From: Octopus vulgaris
Lineage: Eukaryota
DNA length: 64,000 nucleotides
Reading direction: 5' to 3'
Assembly: GCA_951406725.2 (NCBI GenBank)
Contig: OX597839.1
Coordinates: 2,852,001 to 2,916,000 of the forward strand
Shown: positions 13,039-25,287 of the stretch, piece after piece
Numbering within the stretch: the first letter of the stretch is position 1
Layout: each line of letters opens with the position of its first letter
The notes under the pieces: generated by a model
Seen by the model: the letters and a program-made list of their open reading frames with translations, nothing else
What the model was told of the DNA's origin: nothing
The model's database searches: none
Position numbers and translations under genes: made by a program

Positions 13039-13262
13039 GCCTATTACCCTAGTTGTTGCCAAATGTTGGGACCCAAATCCAAAAGGATATTTCACAGTAC
13101 CTCGTCAAGAACCTGTTCGTCCAATTGATCCCTCTGCTTGGGTGGCACACACTACAGCCATGCGAGCCGAATACATGGGTCGTGGTGCTCCAGTCAGCTC
13201 CTCGCTCAGTACTATGACGTCTACCAGTTCATCATTAACTAGCTCAATACCAGAATCAGAAA
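13039..13262 (+). CDS. DVL: Dishevelled exon, PDZ end and proline-rich (SH3-binding) linker
   Basis: ctgcag acceptor, gtaagt donor at 13263. Translates [38 protein letters not shown]...[11 protein letters not shown]. Phase 2 to 1. Confidence 0.96.
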
Positions 13263-13535
13263 GTAAGTATTATCACACAACATTGATGAGATTTCCATTC
13301 AGACTGCAAATAGGAGATGAATATACAGACAATATTTGTTTTTGTTCTGCTCATCTATATATATATATATATATACTGCTACTACTGCTATTTCGGCCAC
13401 TGGTCATTTCCCCAATTTTAGTCAACACACAAGACAGCTATTATGCTCTCCCCCATAAAAAACCACCACGTGGATTCTGTTGAGACTAGTAAGAAACAAT
13501 TATGAACTTTTTTATTACACTTAACTTTTTAAAAT

Positions 13536-13579
13536 ATTTTTGATAAGGTTCATTCTTTTCAAGAACCGAAACGTAAAAT
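13536..13579 (+). ncRNA. Minimal type I hammerhead ribozyme motif, U3:A8 core variant
   Basis: attt-TTGATAA-ggttc(11 nt)gaacc-GAAA-cg-T-A-aaat: stem I, core, stem II, palindromic stem III ACGT, GUA cleavage triplet. Confidence 0.6.
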
Positions 13580-13736
13580 TTCTAAGAAAATCAAAATTTA
13601 TCTTATATAGTGGCGTTTTCAAACTTCTTTTTTATAAACACGGCGGTACCCCAGCAAATGGCAGTGCCCCAGCATGGCCACAGCTTGTGAGCTGAAACTA
13701 GATAAAAAGTTTAAAAAAAATATATATATATATATA

Positions 13737-14104
13737 TACTCACAGAAATTCCAACTTTGTCTGATTTTCACATTTTATTTACAATCTTATGATAATATAA
13801 GATAATATAATGAAATGATAGAATATTAAATGTCCATTCTGATTGAACTGGTATTTTCATGCATTAAAATATGCAATCTTCAGGTTCATGTCGTTGTCGT
13901 GACAGTTATTTAAGGCACACAGTTGTAAATTGTAAAACATAACTGTCACTACTACTATATGAACCTGAAGATTGCATAGTTTAATGCATGAAAGTACTAG
14001 TTCAATCAGAATAGACATTTAATAGTCTTTTGTTTCATTATATATTATATTTTTATAAGATTGTAAATAAAATGCGAAAATCAAAGTTGGCATTTCTTTG
14101 AGTA
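13737..14104. mobile_element. Palindromic AT-rich MITE / fold-back element
   Basis: Arms of ~170 bp (13737-13909 and 13939-14104) are reverse complements with scattered mismatches. TA at both ends. Confidence 0.8.
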
Positions 14105-14736
14105 ATATATTCTGCTATACACACACACTCATACATACAGAGGTGGGCACCATAAATCGAAAAGTTAACTTTGTTAATCTGTTGATTATTTGAAAATGTA
14201 ACAGCAGTTAATGTTAACTTTTATTGAAAAAAGGCATGGCTTCAGTTTAATACCCCACCGACTTTGTTACCTCATGATTTCCAGAAAAATGGATACTTTT
14301 TAATGAAACATACACTAAATAATCGCTTATATCCTGTAGATTTAGTATAAAAATTTGTTTGAAAGAATTTTCTTAGGGGTTGGACATATGGGTGGATGCT
14401 ACTGTAGCTTGTAGCCCCAGGAGGACACCTCCTCCAGCTGGCTATTGATACACCTTCTGTGCACTATCAGTATTTGCAAAGGGAAGCCATCCTTCCCATC
14501 TTCAACCTGTATGATACACACGGACTCGAGTTTCCGGATATTAACCCATCATCAGATTCTGACAATCACCTGTTGTCGATGAAAAGTAGGTTCCCGTTGC
14601 AAATATATATCCTTTTTCCAGTTCATCTTTTGGAAGTATCATTTCTGCATTGTAGACCAGATTCTGCTCATAGTAAAATATAACTGCTACCAAATATGTT
14701 ACTTTTATTCCCTTTTTTATTTTTCTACTCTTACAG

Positions 14737-14868
14737 GGTTTGATGATTTAAATTTGACTGTAAATACAGATATGGAATCCGTTGTGAAAGCAATGGCCCA
14801 GGCTGATTCTGGTCTTGAAATCAGGGACAGAATGTGGTTAAAGATAACTATACCAAATGCATTTATAG
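14737..14868 (+). CDS. DVL: Dishevelled DEP exon 1
   Basis: ttacag acceptor, gtaaga donor at 14869. Translates (R)[44 protein letters not shown]. Phase 1 to 1. Confidence 0.96.
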
Positions 14869-14897
14869 GTAAGAACTGCACCATTTGTTTTTATATG

Positions 14898-15465
14898 TAT
14901 TGGGTTGGCAAGAAAGTAATTTCATTTTTTTTAGTATGAAAGAGTAATTTTTTTTTCATACAAAGAATGAACTGTAATCAATTTTGTTCAATTACATTTT
15001 GCCATCTTTCTGGCAATATCATGATTCCGTACTCATAGAATTTCTTGTCCTTATCAGCCACATTATTCAAAGTTTTACCATTCAAAGAATTTTGCAAACT
15101 TCGAAATAAATGGTAATCTGATGGTGCAAGGTCAGGGCTATATAGAGGATGTGACATCACTCCCCAACCAAGCTCCAATAATTTTTCACAAGTTAGCATA
15201 TATGTGTGTTGTCTAGCATTATCATGGTGGAACATGATTCCTTTAGGATTTGCCAATTCTGGCTGTTTTTCTTCAATTGCTTCTTCCAGTTTCATTAATT
15301 GTTGATAGTAAACATCTGAACTGATTGTTTTGTTCCTTTGATGCAGCTCAAAATACACAATAACTTTGTAATCCCACCAAATTGACAGCATGAGCTTTCT
15401 TTGATGCAATTCACCTTCCATGTGGTTTGTGCTGGCTTATTACATTTGGACCACGATCATTTTCG
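14898..15465 (-). mobile_element. Mariner (DD34D) transposon 3' fragment with terminal inverted repeat
   Basis: ORF 14978-15421 contains KLMLSIWWD, FHHDNARQH and HPLYSPDLAPSDYHLFRSLQ. TA + TTGGGTTGGCAAGAAAGTAATT terminus at 14898, mellifera-subfamily-like. Truncated by a SINE. Confidence 0.92.
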
Positions 15466-16097
15466 ATTGATAGTGCCGCTGGACTGACTCCTGTGCAGGT
15501 GGCAGGTAAAAAACACCATTTGAGTGTGACCGTTGCCAGTACCACCTGACTGGCCCTCATGCCGGTGGCACGTAAAAGCACCCTCTACACTCTCAGAGTG
15601 GTTGGCGTTAGGAAGGGCTTCCAGCTGTAGGAAGTCTGCCAGATCAGATTGGAGCATGGTGCAGCCATCTGGTTCTCCAGTCCTCAGTCAAATCGTCCAC
15701 CCATGCCAGCATGGGAAGCAGAACTTACACATGCTGCCCCTTCTTACTTTTTCCTCCCACCCCCATCAGACCCACTTCTAGTCTATTTCCTGTCCTTCAC
15801 ATGGTCAATTTCCTCTTCACCATGCTGTATCTGCCACCTAACTGTTACCCATATACCAACATCAGACCATGACACCGCGTGACTTTTCTTGTCCAATTGC
15901 AGCCCACCTTGCGGTAATAACAATCAACTTCAGTCATCCAAATTCAAAATGACTGACAACTAGCTCCACACTTGAAACTCAAGTGTACCAACGAATTTGA
16001 ATCAAACTGTTTTGTTCCATACATGTAACTCCCCATAAACTGGTTGAGGGCCCTTCTTCTGTTTGGCCACTCACTCCTATATATATATATACACATA

Positions 16098-16504
16098 GGC
16101 GCAGGAGTGGCTATGTGGTAAGTAGCTTGCTTACCAACCACATGGTTCCGAGTTCAGTCCCACTACGTGGCATCTTGGGCAAGTGTCTTCTTCTATAGCC
16201 CTGGGCCGACCAATGCCTTGTGAGTGGATTTGGTAGACGGAAACTGAAAGGAACCTGTCATATATATGTATATATATATATGTGTGTGTATGTGTTTGTG
16301 TGTCTGTGTTTGTCCCCCTAGCATTGCTTGACAACCGATGCTGGTGTGTTTACGTCCCCGCACTTAGCGGTTCGGCAAAAGAGACCGACAGAATAAGTAC
16401 TAGGCTTACAAAGAATAAGTCCTGGAGTTGATTTGCTCGACTAAAGGCGGTGCTCCAGCATGGCCGCAGTCAAATGAATGAAACAAGTAAAAGAGTAAAA
16501 GAGA
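16098..16504 (+). mobile_element. tRNA-derived SINE family A
   Basis: Full head-to-tail match to the copies at 5654, 37364 and 39781. Ends ~55 nt before the DEP exon 2 acceptor. Confidence 0.85.
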
Positions 16505-16561
16505 TATACACACACACACATATACGTACACACTCATGTTTTTCTTTACTTAATTTTGCAG

Positions 16562-16729
16562 GTGCTGATTTAGTTGATTGGCTGTTTACTCATGTACAAG
16601 GTTTCTCTGACCGCCGAGATGCACGGAAATATGCTTGTAATTTACTCAAAGTTGGTTACATTCGACACACTGTCAATAAAATCACATTTTCTGAGCAATG
16701 TTATTATGTATTTGGCAATCTCTGTGGAA
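16562..16729 (+). CDS. DVL: Dishevelled DEP exon 2
   Basis: ttgcag acceptor, gtaagt donor at 16730. Translates [55 protein letters not shown]. Phase 1 to 1. Confidence 0.96.
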
Positions 16730-16796
16730 GTAAGTATCTTTCTTTCTACACCGTATTTTATAGCATTCTTTCACTGGCTTCTTTCTGTTACTATAC

Positions 16797-17178
16797 GAGG
16801 CAGAATGGCCCAGTGGTTAGGGCAGCGGACTCGCGGTCGTAGGATCGCAGTTTCGATTCCCAGACCGGGTGTTGTGAGTGTTTATTGAACAAAAACACCT
16901 AAAGCTCCATGAGGCTCCGGCAGGGGATGGTGGTGATCCCTGCTGTACTCTTTCACCACAACTTTCTCTCACTCTTTCTTCCTGTTTCTGTTGTACCTGT
17001 ATTTCAAAGGGCCGGCCTTGTCACTCTCTGTGTCACGCTGAATATCCCCGAGAACTACGTTAAGGGTACACTTGTCTGTGGAGTGCTCAGCCACTTACAC
17101 GTTAATTTCACGAGCAGGCTGTTCCGTTGATCGGATCAATCGGAACCCCCGTCGTCGTAACCGACGGAGTGCTTCAAT
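16797..17178 (+). mobile_element. tRNA-derived SINE family D (other copies ~53550-53800 -, 61890-62190 +)
   Basis: atggcccagtggttagggcagcggactcgcgg...gtttcgattccc tRNA-like head and aaaacacctaaagctcca.gaggctcc body. Confidence 0.8.
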
Positions 17179-20126
17179 CCATCTGTTACTATGGAGATAG
17201 AACCTTTGTTTTTTTCTTCCAAAAAATTTCTGGCAGACATATATACCGTATGAACTCCTCCATAATTCACACTTCTAATTTGGTCTTATTCTTATTCAGC
17301 AAGTCAGACCTGTGTGACTCCACAACTTGAATAGTGGTGGGGATCCTGAAATGGACTTCAGATGGAATATTAGTCACTCAGTCCAGTAGGTGAGGCCTCA
17401 GATCAGTGAAGGTGGCCTATTTATTCTTTAGTAAAGTTACCTTCTCAACTCATGCCGAACCCCTAAGGGCTGGTTTCCTGGTTTATATAGTCCCCCACCT
17501 GGATGGGACAGCAGTCTATTGCAGGATTACTTATTTTTGCCTCCTGAGTCGACTGGTGTAATAGGAAAGGAAGTGTATTGCCCCAGATCACAGTCCAGGA
17601 ATGGAAACCACAATTTTAATGATCATGTGTCCAACACCCTAATCACTAAGCCATGTGCCTCTACAAGGGGGCCAATTTACTGTAAAATCATTAAGTGGAA
17701 AGCCCCAAGTTGGTGCTTATTCTCTCCTGATGACCACTGAAACCCACTGGCATCTGGTATGCAGAGTTTTCAACTGATCAAGCAAGCGGTTCCAAGTCTC
17801 TGTTGTATGGAAAAAGCACGAGGGAGCCAAGCACAAACAGTTTGATGGCTGAAATGAAATTATTGACTCATTTTTCTCCTGTTTTGATGCCAGACTGCCT
17901 GAGAGCACACCTGGTCCTATGGTACAAACTTTGGTTTAAAGGTTTCTAAATTAAAACTGTTCATCAAAATTCCCCATAAATTTATATTCCAAGCACCAGC
18001 TTTTGTTGGTGATATAACATGCTAATCATATGCAAATCAGTTTCCACGAAAACTGTCTATTGGTCAGTTAAAATAATATGAGCATACTACATCATATAAG
18101 ATGTGGAGAATTCAGGATAGTACCTCACTATCAAGAATGAATTAACTCAGTTCCCATTTGTCTCAAATAAACAGAACTGAATATGCTTGGTTCCCACACA
18201 GTATGGGTTAACAGCAGCTACTTTATCAAATTCTTCATTTTTTCAAAATCAGTTGGAACAAAGTGTATTTCAACAGAAATAGGGTAAGAAAAGGATTGAT
18301 ATTATTATCATCATTATTATCATCGAAATCGAAATTGAACCAATCCTATGACTGGCACCCGGCAGATGCCAGGACCCCTGGACTGGTGGTACGTAAAAAG
18401 CACTATCCGAATCGTGGCCGATGCCAGTGCCGCCTCGACTGGCTTCTGTGCCGGTGGCACGTAAATTGCACCAATCCGACCGTGGCCATTGCCAGCCTCG
18501 CCTGGCACCTGTGCGGGTGGCACGTAAAAAGCACCCACTACACTCACGGAGTGGTTGGTGTTAGGAAGGGCATCCAGCTGTAGAAACATTGCCAGATAAG
18601 ACTGGAGCCTGGTGCAGCCTTCTGGCTTCCCAGATCCCCGGTCGAACCGTCCAACCCATGCTAGCATGGAGAACGGATCTTAAACGATGATGATGATGAT
18701 GACTGTTAGAGCGGTGGATGGGTACAACTGTTAGAGTGTTGGACAAAATGGCTTGTGATATTTGTTTCAGCTCTTTTCATGAAAATCCATGTTCAAATCT
18801 CAGTGAGGTCACCATTGCTTTTCTTTTGATATTTCTTTACTTATTGCTTAATGCTTGCTTACTTTTTAAAATTCATGACAGGTCATCAACCGACAACTCC
18901 ATCAATGTTTTCACAAAAACTCCTTCCACTTTATCACTATCACAGTTCATCAATAAAACATTTCCTCTACTCATGTCCGCTATCATCTTCATGGGAATGG
19001 TCTCTTCATCTCTGGTTAAACACTTTTTTTTTACCAAACTGCCTGAGAAAGCTGTAGTTTTATGAAACAAACTTGCTGTTTCCTTTCAAGGCATGAGGTA
19101 GGGCAAGGTTGTTTTCTGAAAGGCCAGCTGTTAGACATGCATATCAGCCTTGCCTCTCCATGTCGTTTGATGTGACAAACATAAATGCCAATACAGCTTG
19201 GAACCAGTGACATCACAGCTCATTTCTAAAGCTGAGTGAACTGGAGCAATGCGAAATAAAGTCTTTTGCTCAAGAACGCAACACACAACCTGATCCAAGA
19301 ATCGAACACACTACCTCATGATTATGAGCCCAACACTCTAACCACTAAGCCATAAATATATATATATATATACTACTAATATAGGATGAAGTATTTTACA
19401 GAAAAAACTTCATCAAAAAGTGGCAGCATATTAAAATATCTTTATAGGTTAAAATTATAAACAACTTATAAACAAAAGAAAATTTATTTCTATGGCAATA
19501 TGCTGATAACAGACTACAGAAATACGTTGTACTGAAATCGGGAAGCTAGTCAACAGAATTTTTAAAAAAAAGTTCGTTATTTCTATATTGAATCAATTTC
19601 GGAATTAATCTCATAGATTTTTTCCTCTTCTGTAGAAAATACGATAAGAAATAAATGAAATACTTACATGCGCCCATGGTAAAAAAAGCCGAAGCAAATA
19701 CATGTTCATCTCAACAATGGTCTAAGAAAAAATCCATTGGTTCTTGAAGAGATTGTCCTTTACTTTTGTAATAGCACAAAACTTCACAGCAGGTTGATGA
19801 CATAACAGACTAACTCAGTTGTCTAATACTATCTAATAATAATGATTAGCTGAAACATGTATGGCAATTAGTGGTGGCCTGTGTTAGCAATTAATAGGTA
19901 GGTGATTATAGTAATTGCGGTTCAACTTTTTTTATTATCTTGGTGTTGTTTCTGTTCATTTTTATTTTGTATTTTCATTATTGTTATTATAATGTAGTGT
20001 ATTTCAATTTTTTGTTGTTGTCCCCTTTTCCTCTCATTCTTTAAATGTTTATTGTGCCCACCCTCATTTCATGTCACATTGTATCCATCCTCATTCACGT
20101 CACATTGAAAAACCTCATCATTGTAG

Positions 20127-20144
20127 GTGTCCAGGCTCTTCCAG
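20127..20144 (+). CDS. DVL: Candidate 18-nt alternative microexon of Dvl (SVQALP)
   Basis: cattgtag|GTGTCCAGGCTCTTCCAG|gtcagt. Symmetric phase 1, frame-preserving, surrounded by YCAY motifs. No transcript evidence. Confidence 0.55.
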
Positions 20145-20249
20145 GTCAGTTTGCTATGCTTCATTTCATCATTTTTCGATCTGAGCACTTCTGCAGCTAT
20201 TGCTCTTTCTCTCTCTCTCTTTCTCTCTCTCATTCTCTCTCTTTTTGTA

Positions 20250-20253
20250 TGTG

Positions 20254-20284
<31 letters not shown>

Positions 20285-20331
20285 ATATATATACATATAT
20301 ATATATCCAGAAACTTTCTGCTTGCCTACAT

Positions 20332-20380
<49 letters not shown>

Positions 20381-20388
20381 TATGTATG

Positions 20389-20427
<39 letters not shown>

Positions 20428-20526
20428 GTATATATATGTATGTATGTATATATATGTATGTATGTATATATGTATGTATGTATATATATGTATGTATGTA
20501 TATATATGTATGTATGTATATATATG

Positions 20527-20572
<46 letters not shown>

Positions 20573-20602
20573 TGTATATATATGTATGTATATATATATA
20601 TG

Positions 20603-20643
<41 letters not shown>

Positions 20644-20726
20644 ATATATATGTGTGTGTATATATATGTGTATATATATATGTATATATATATATGTATG
20701 TGTATATATATGTATATATATATATA

Positions 20727-20768
<42 letters not shown>

Positions 20769-20810
20769 CATGTATGTATGTGTGTGTATGTATGTATATG
20801 CATGTGTTAT
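20250..20810. repeat. Compound (TG)/(TA)/(TATG) microsatellite
   Basis: Directly visible. It explains the long YIC-rich pseudo-ORFs. Confidence 0.95.
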
Positions 20811-21182
20811 ATAAATAATCAAATGATATACAAGAGTTATTTCTGCCATATTGCCTTTACACCCCTTGTAGTCTTCATCACTGCACAGATAACAATGCAT
20901 GTATCTATCTGTCTCTTTGTATGTATGTCTCTATTGGTGTATGTGCATCTGAGCGTGTGTGTGTGTGTGTGTATTCAGTCTCATTTCATAACAGACTCAC
21001 TCTCATACTTAGATCACTCTCACTCATTCACTTACACCTGTTGCATGCCCTTCATCACTCATTAACTCATTTATTATGAAATGAATGTGAAATGTTTTCA
21101 TCATCTTAAGAAAAACCTGTTGCCATTCATTGTGTGTGTTACCTTTTTCTTTTTATACTTTTGTTTGACCCCCTCATTTCAT

Positions 21183-21410
21183 TTAACCCTTTCATTACTG
21201 TATTTATTTTGAGATGCTCTGTGTTTCTTTCAACTATTTTAAATATTACAAAGAATTTAGTAAAATAACTTAATTATCATCAATCTTGTGTTAGGAACGT
21301 AAATTGTGACTAAGGCTTGGTGGAATATTTTAATTCAAAACTTATGAAAACAGGACATTTTACCACAGAGCCAGAGCCGGTTTTGGCCGGGTTAGTAACA
21401 AAAGGGTTAA
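21183..21410. mobile_element. piggyBac-type MITE, inverted relative to 6386-6613
   Basis: TTAA|CCCTTT...AAAGGG|TTAA ends. Reverse complement of the 6386 copy. Confidence 0.8.
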
Positions 21411-23356
21411 AGTTTGTGTTGTTTTCTTTGTATATTTTTGTTTGTTTTTATTTTCGCTAAACATGACTTACATATCATTTATTTAAGTATTTATCAATAT
21501 TTTTTAGCAAAATCGATCATATGGATGGGTGTTTTGCAGCAGCCTTGCTTGTTCTCTTCTCATGATACAAATTCTGTCTTTCACTCTGCTTTTGTCGATA
21601 ATTACAGTGAATGCTCTTCTTTACACTCACCCATCATCTTTATCTGCCATAAGCATGTCTCTTTCTCTTATTCTGTCTCTCTCCACACGCATGTACACTC
21701 ACATAAGAAGTTCCTCATCTTACACTAAATATGGCCAACACATTCTCCATGACTTCAAGTTCCATGCAACAGGAAAAGTGGCTTAATGAAACAGAATATA
21801 TTGTGTCTGACTAATGATTATGGATTAAGTATTTTTTTTATTAACTCCCATAAATACATGAGCCATGACTGCTCAATGCAGAGAAGTAATGGCTCATCCT
21901 GAAGAGGATCCTGGGTCTCTGAGCTCTGCATCCTATTGAGCAACACTATTTCAGAAATCCTTCAGAGGAACCCTATGTCAACCTTGCTTTTATTCATGTA
22001 CACATACACTCTGGACACACACAAAAACACGCACATGCATACATAGGTGTTTGTGTATGTATGTTTATGCAAGCATGTGTGTATGTGTGTGTATAGGTAT
22101 ATATCTATATATATGCTAGAATGTGTGTGTGTATAGATATATATGTATGCGAGTGTGTGTATACATGTACATATATGTGTATGTATATACATGTATGTGT
22201 GTGTTTGAGTATACGTATACATTTGCACAGGTGCACATGGGTACCTGTTTGTATAATTATACCAAGATGATTCCTCACCACTATGCTAAGTTACCTGTTT
22301 TACATTTCTCAGAAGCAAATGAATGAAATCTTAACTTGAAATAAATAAAATAAAAATTCCATTACTTACATCCATTGATTACATCTATTTCACACTGATG
22401 GATTTTGGCTAAGTCTGAACGTTTGGGCTTTTTCTTGTAATTCTCATGCTTTATACAATGTAATCTACTGAATTCCAAGAAAGGTTTGTCACTTCTATTC
22501 CTTGGCCCTCCCTCTGCAATGCTATGTATTACTAACCCTTACACCTCCCTGACCTTCCTGGAAATGTTAGAATCTCTGTGTGCTTATATTATGGGTATTT
22601 GGGTATCTAAAAAGGAACCTAATGCTCAAAGCTCATCCAAAGAATGTACGAATCAAAACTGGAATCTCTTTCAAGATTTTTCTCAAAACTTCAGTAATGT
22701 GTATGTGCTTGTGCATGGGTGTGTGTGTGTGTGTGTGATTTCCGCCATCTCCCCACCTCAAGTTATGTCTATAACTTGGCAGTTCTTTGTTCAACCAAAT
22801 CCTTGAAGAGGGTGCCCCAGCATGGGCTAAGTCGAGTGATTGAAATAAGTAAACGGTAAAAGAAATATCGAGAGACAAATTCATCATTTCTGTTTCTTGA
22901 ACAGCAACAACAACAACAACGACAAAAAAAAACCCTGCCAAAGGAAACTTAAACCTTGCTGTTGAAACCCAAAGCACCATGTGTTTATTTTTCTGTTCAT
23001 GGGAGCAGAAAATCAAATTTTGAACAAACTTAGCTGTTTTATTTTAAATGAATAGAAGTGGAGATGGCGATGAACAAATGTCTTTTTTAAACACCCATGA
23101 AAGTTCAAACGCTTTTTGACATTATTTTTAACCCCCTAAAGTAAATAATGGGAAAATGATAATAATAATCCATTCTACTATAGGCAAAAGGCCTGGAATC
23201 TTGTGGGAGGGGAAAAATCGACCTTGGAGGAATTTTAAAATAAAGATGGATAGAATATCCATTTCTTTACTACCCACAGGGGGCTGAACACAGAGGAGAC
23301 AAACAAGGACAGACAGACGGATTAAGTCGATTATATCGACCCCAGTGCGTAACTGG

Positions 23357-23616
23357 TAAAGTGTCAGAAGGCGGCGAGCTGGCAGAAACGTTAGCGTGCC
23401 GGGCGAAATGCTTAGCGGTATTTCGTCTGGCGCAACGTTGTGAGTTCTAATTCCGCTGAGGTCGACTTTGCCTTTCATCCTTTCGGGGTCGATAAATTAA
23501 GTACCAGTTACGCACTGGGCTCGATGTAATCGACTTAATACCTATGTCCATCCTTGTTTGTCCCCTCTATGTTTGGCCCCTTGTGGGTAGTAAACAAATT
23601 GATAAAGTGTCAGAAG
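23357..23616 (+). mobile_element. Full-length SINE family C with 14-bp target site duplication
   Basis: TAAAGTGTCAGAAG at 23357-23370 and 23603-23616 flanks ggcggcgagctggcag...gggtagtaaac. An antisense 3' fragment of the same family lies at 23262-23358. Confidence 0.85.
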
Positions 23617-24270
23617 AAATACTGCCAAACATTCTACATGTGTGTGGAAAACAAAAGATGAGAGGATAAAATTTATTACTGGTGTGTTTACTTGTGCATA
23701 TGTGTGTAATTGTGTGTTTGTATGTCTAATTATGTGTGTGTACATGCACTCAGAAATAACTTCCCCCACCACTTCTGTCAATGGCTCTTCAACCACCCCA
23801 TTGCAAATCTAATAGGTTTTTGTCACATGATCCTGCTTCTGTTAGTTTCTTAAACTATTTCCCTTCTTTCTTTCTATTTCTTCTTTTATACAATTTTTTT
23901 AATATTTCAAAGAAGTATATATTTAGCTTTTTATATTTTTTTGAAAAGGAAAGCAATTTCATCACAGTTATTGTTATTGCTGCTGTTATTACCATTAAAA
24001 TCTTTGTTGTAAAACAAATAACTTTTGTAATGTATTATGGTAATGTTTAGGTCAAAAAAAGAAGCAAAAAAACAAACTACTGACTGCCATTTCTCATTTC
24101 GTTTTTAGTGGAACATACACACACACACAATATACATACATAGTGGGGATAAGTGTGTTCTTTTCTGCCTGTTTTCTATACCAAATGTAAAAGCACCATT
24201 ATTTTATAATTTTTTTCCCTTGTAACTGACCCCTCTGTTCAACTGTCATCCTTTTGACAGTAATAGACAT

Positions 24271-24560
24271 TGTTGTTATTGTTATTATTATTATTATTAT
24301 TATTAAAAGGCTATAAATACGAATTTAGAAGATATGTTATCTTGAAGTTTGGTGACACCAAGTCTCCTCAGATCTCAAGAATCTTTCTCAGGGTCCTCGC
24401 AGAATACAGATTGGCACTTTTCTGCCAGACTGATAATACATGTCTTAATTCCAATGTCCTTCAGTGTGTTAGGTAGTTATTTGAGCATTTGTGCTAAGTA
24501 CAATATGTACCACAGAATCAGCCTTCACCCATGTGTTCCACAATCTCTTTATTATTCTGG
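24271..24560 (-). mobile_element. R4/Dong-type non-LTR retrotransposon 3' end with (TAA)n tail
   Basis: Minus strand reads ...LKDIGIKT..QKSANLYSARTLRKILEI*, resembling the LQKSALLGTARILRKVL terminus, followed by (TAA)n. Confidence 0.6.
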
Positions 24561-25250
24561 CTACACCCTGTTATTTCTCAGTTTCTCACTTTCATTGATA
24601 TCCACACGAGATTGCAAAATGAATTATCTTGCACTGTTCTTTCTGTCTTTTATGATTATATCATAATCTCATTGCTTGAATAATATGATCAGTTTTTATG
24701 GAAAAATCCTATTAGAATATTCAGTAATTTGGCTAATATCCTAGCACACTCAGTTTACTGATATAGTCATACTTGCATTTATACTCTTTTCCTGCTAGCC
24801 TACTGCACTCAGAAGATGGTTAACACTTGTTTTTTTTTCCACATTATTTTAACATTAGCATTATTGTTATGACTGTGGATTTGCAGTGCTGTTAGAGCTT
24901 CAAACAAAATGCCATGCAAGTATTTGCTCTGGATTTTTGTGTTCTGGGTGTTAGTATAGAAACAGTGATGGTTGTATTTATTGATTATAGGATGGTGGTA
25001 GAGGGTGGCTCATTGTAGATAGGCCCATGTATCAATCCTTGTTACACAGGTAACAATCTCTCTCTCTTTCTCTAATAAATGTGTCATGTAGAGTATTGTC
25101 ACATGTCTGAACATCTTAACTTATTGTTAACTACTAGAGAGGCACTTTAATGTATATATCCCTAGATACATGCTTCAGGGTTGTGTTTATGTATGTATGT
25201 GTGTGTGTGTTATGTGTAAGTATATGTATGTATATATATAAGAGTCAAGA

Positions 25251-25287
25251 CTATTGAAAAGGTTGCAAGACGCAACGAAAATTTTAG
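25251..25287 (+). ncRNA. Minimal type I hammerhead motif, U3:A8 variant, short stem I
   Basis: cta-TTGAAAA-g-gttgc(aagac)gcaac-GAAA-at-T-T-tag inside a (TA)n-flanked relic (~25241-25440). Confidence 0.5.

Noticed and set aside
19815-19872. Sixth hammerhead-like motif (ctaat/attag stem, GAAACATGTA, tggcaa)
   Set aside because: The 3' half fits but the 5' core is not recognisable. At best a decayed copy.
20045-21065. Long ORFs of 200-312 aa (also at 42349-42712, 45873-46352 and 48386-49973)
   Set aside because: They are translations of (TA)/(TG)/(CA) microsatellites that lack stop codons.
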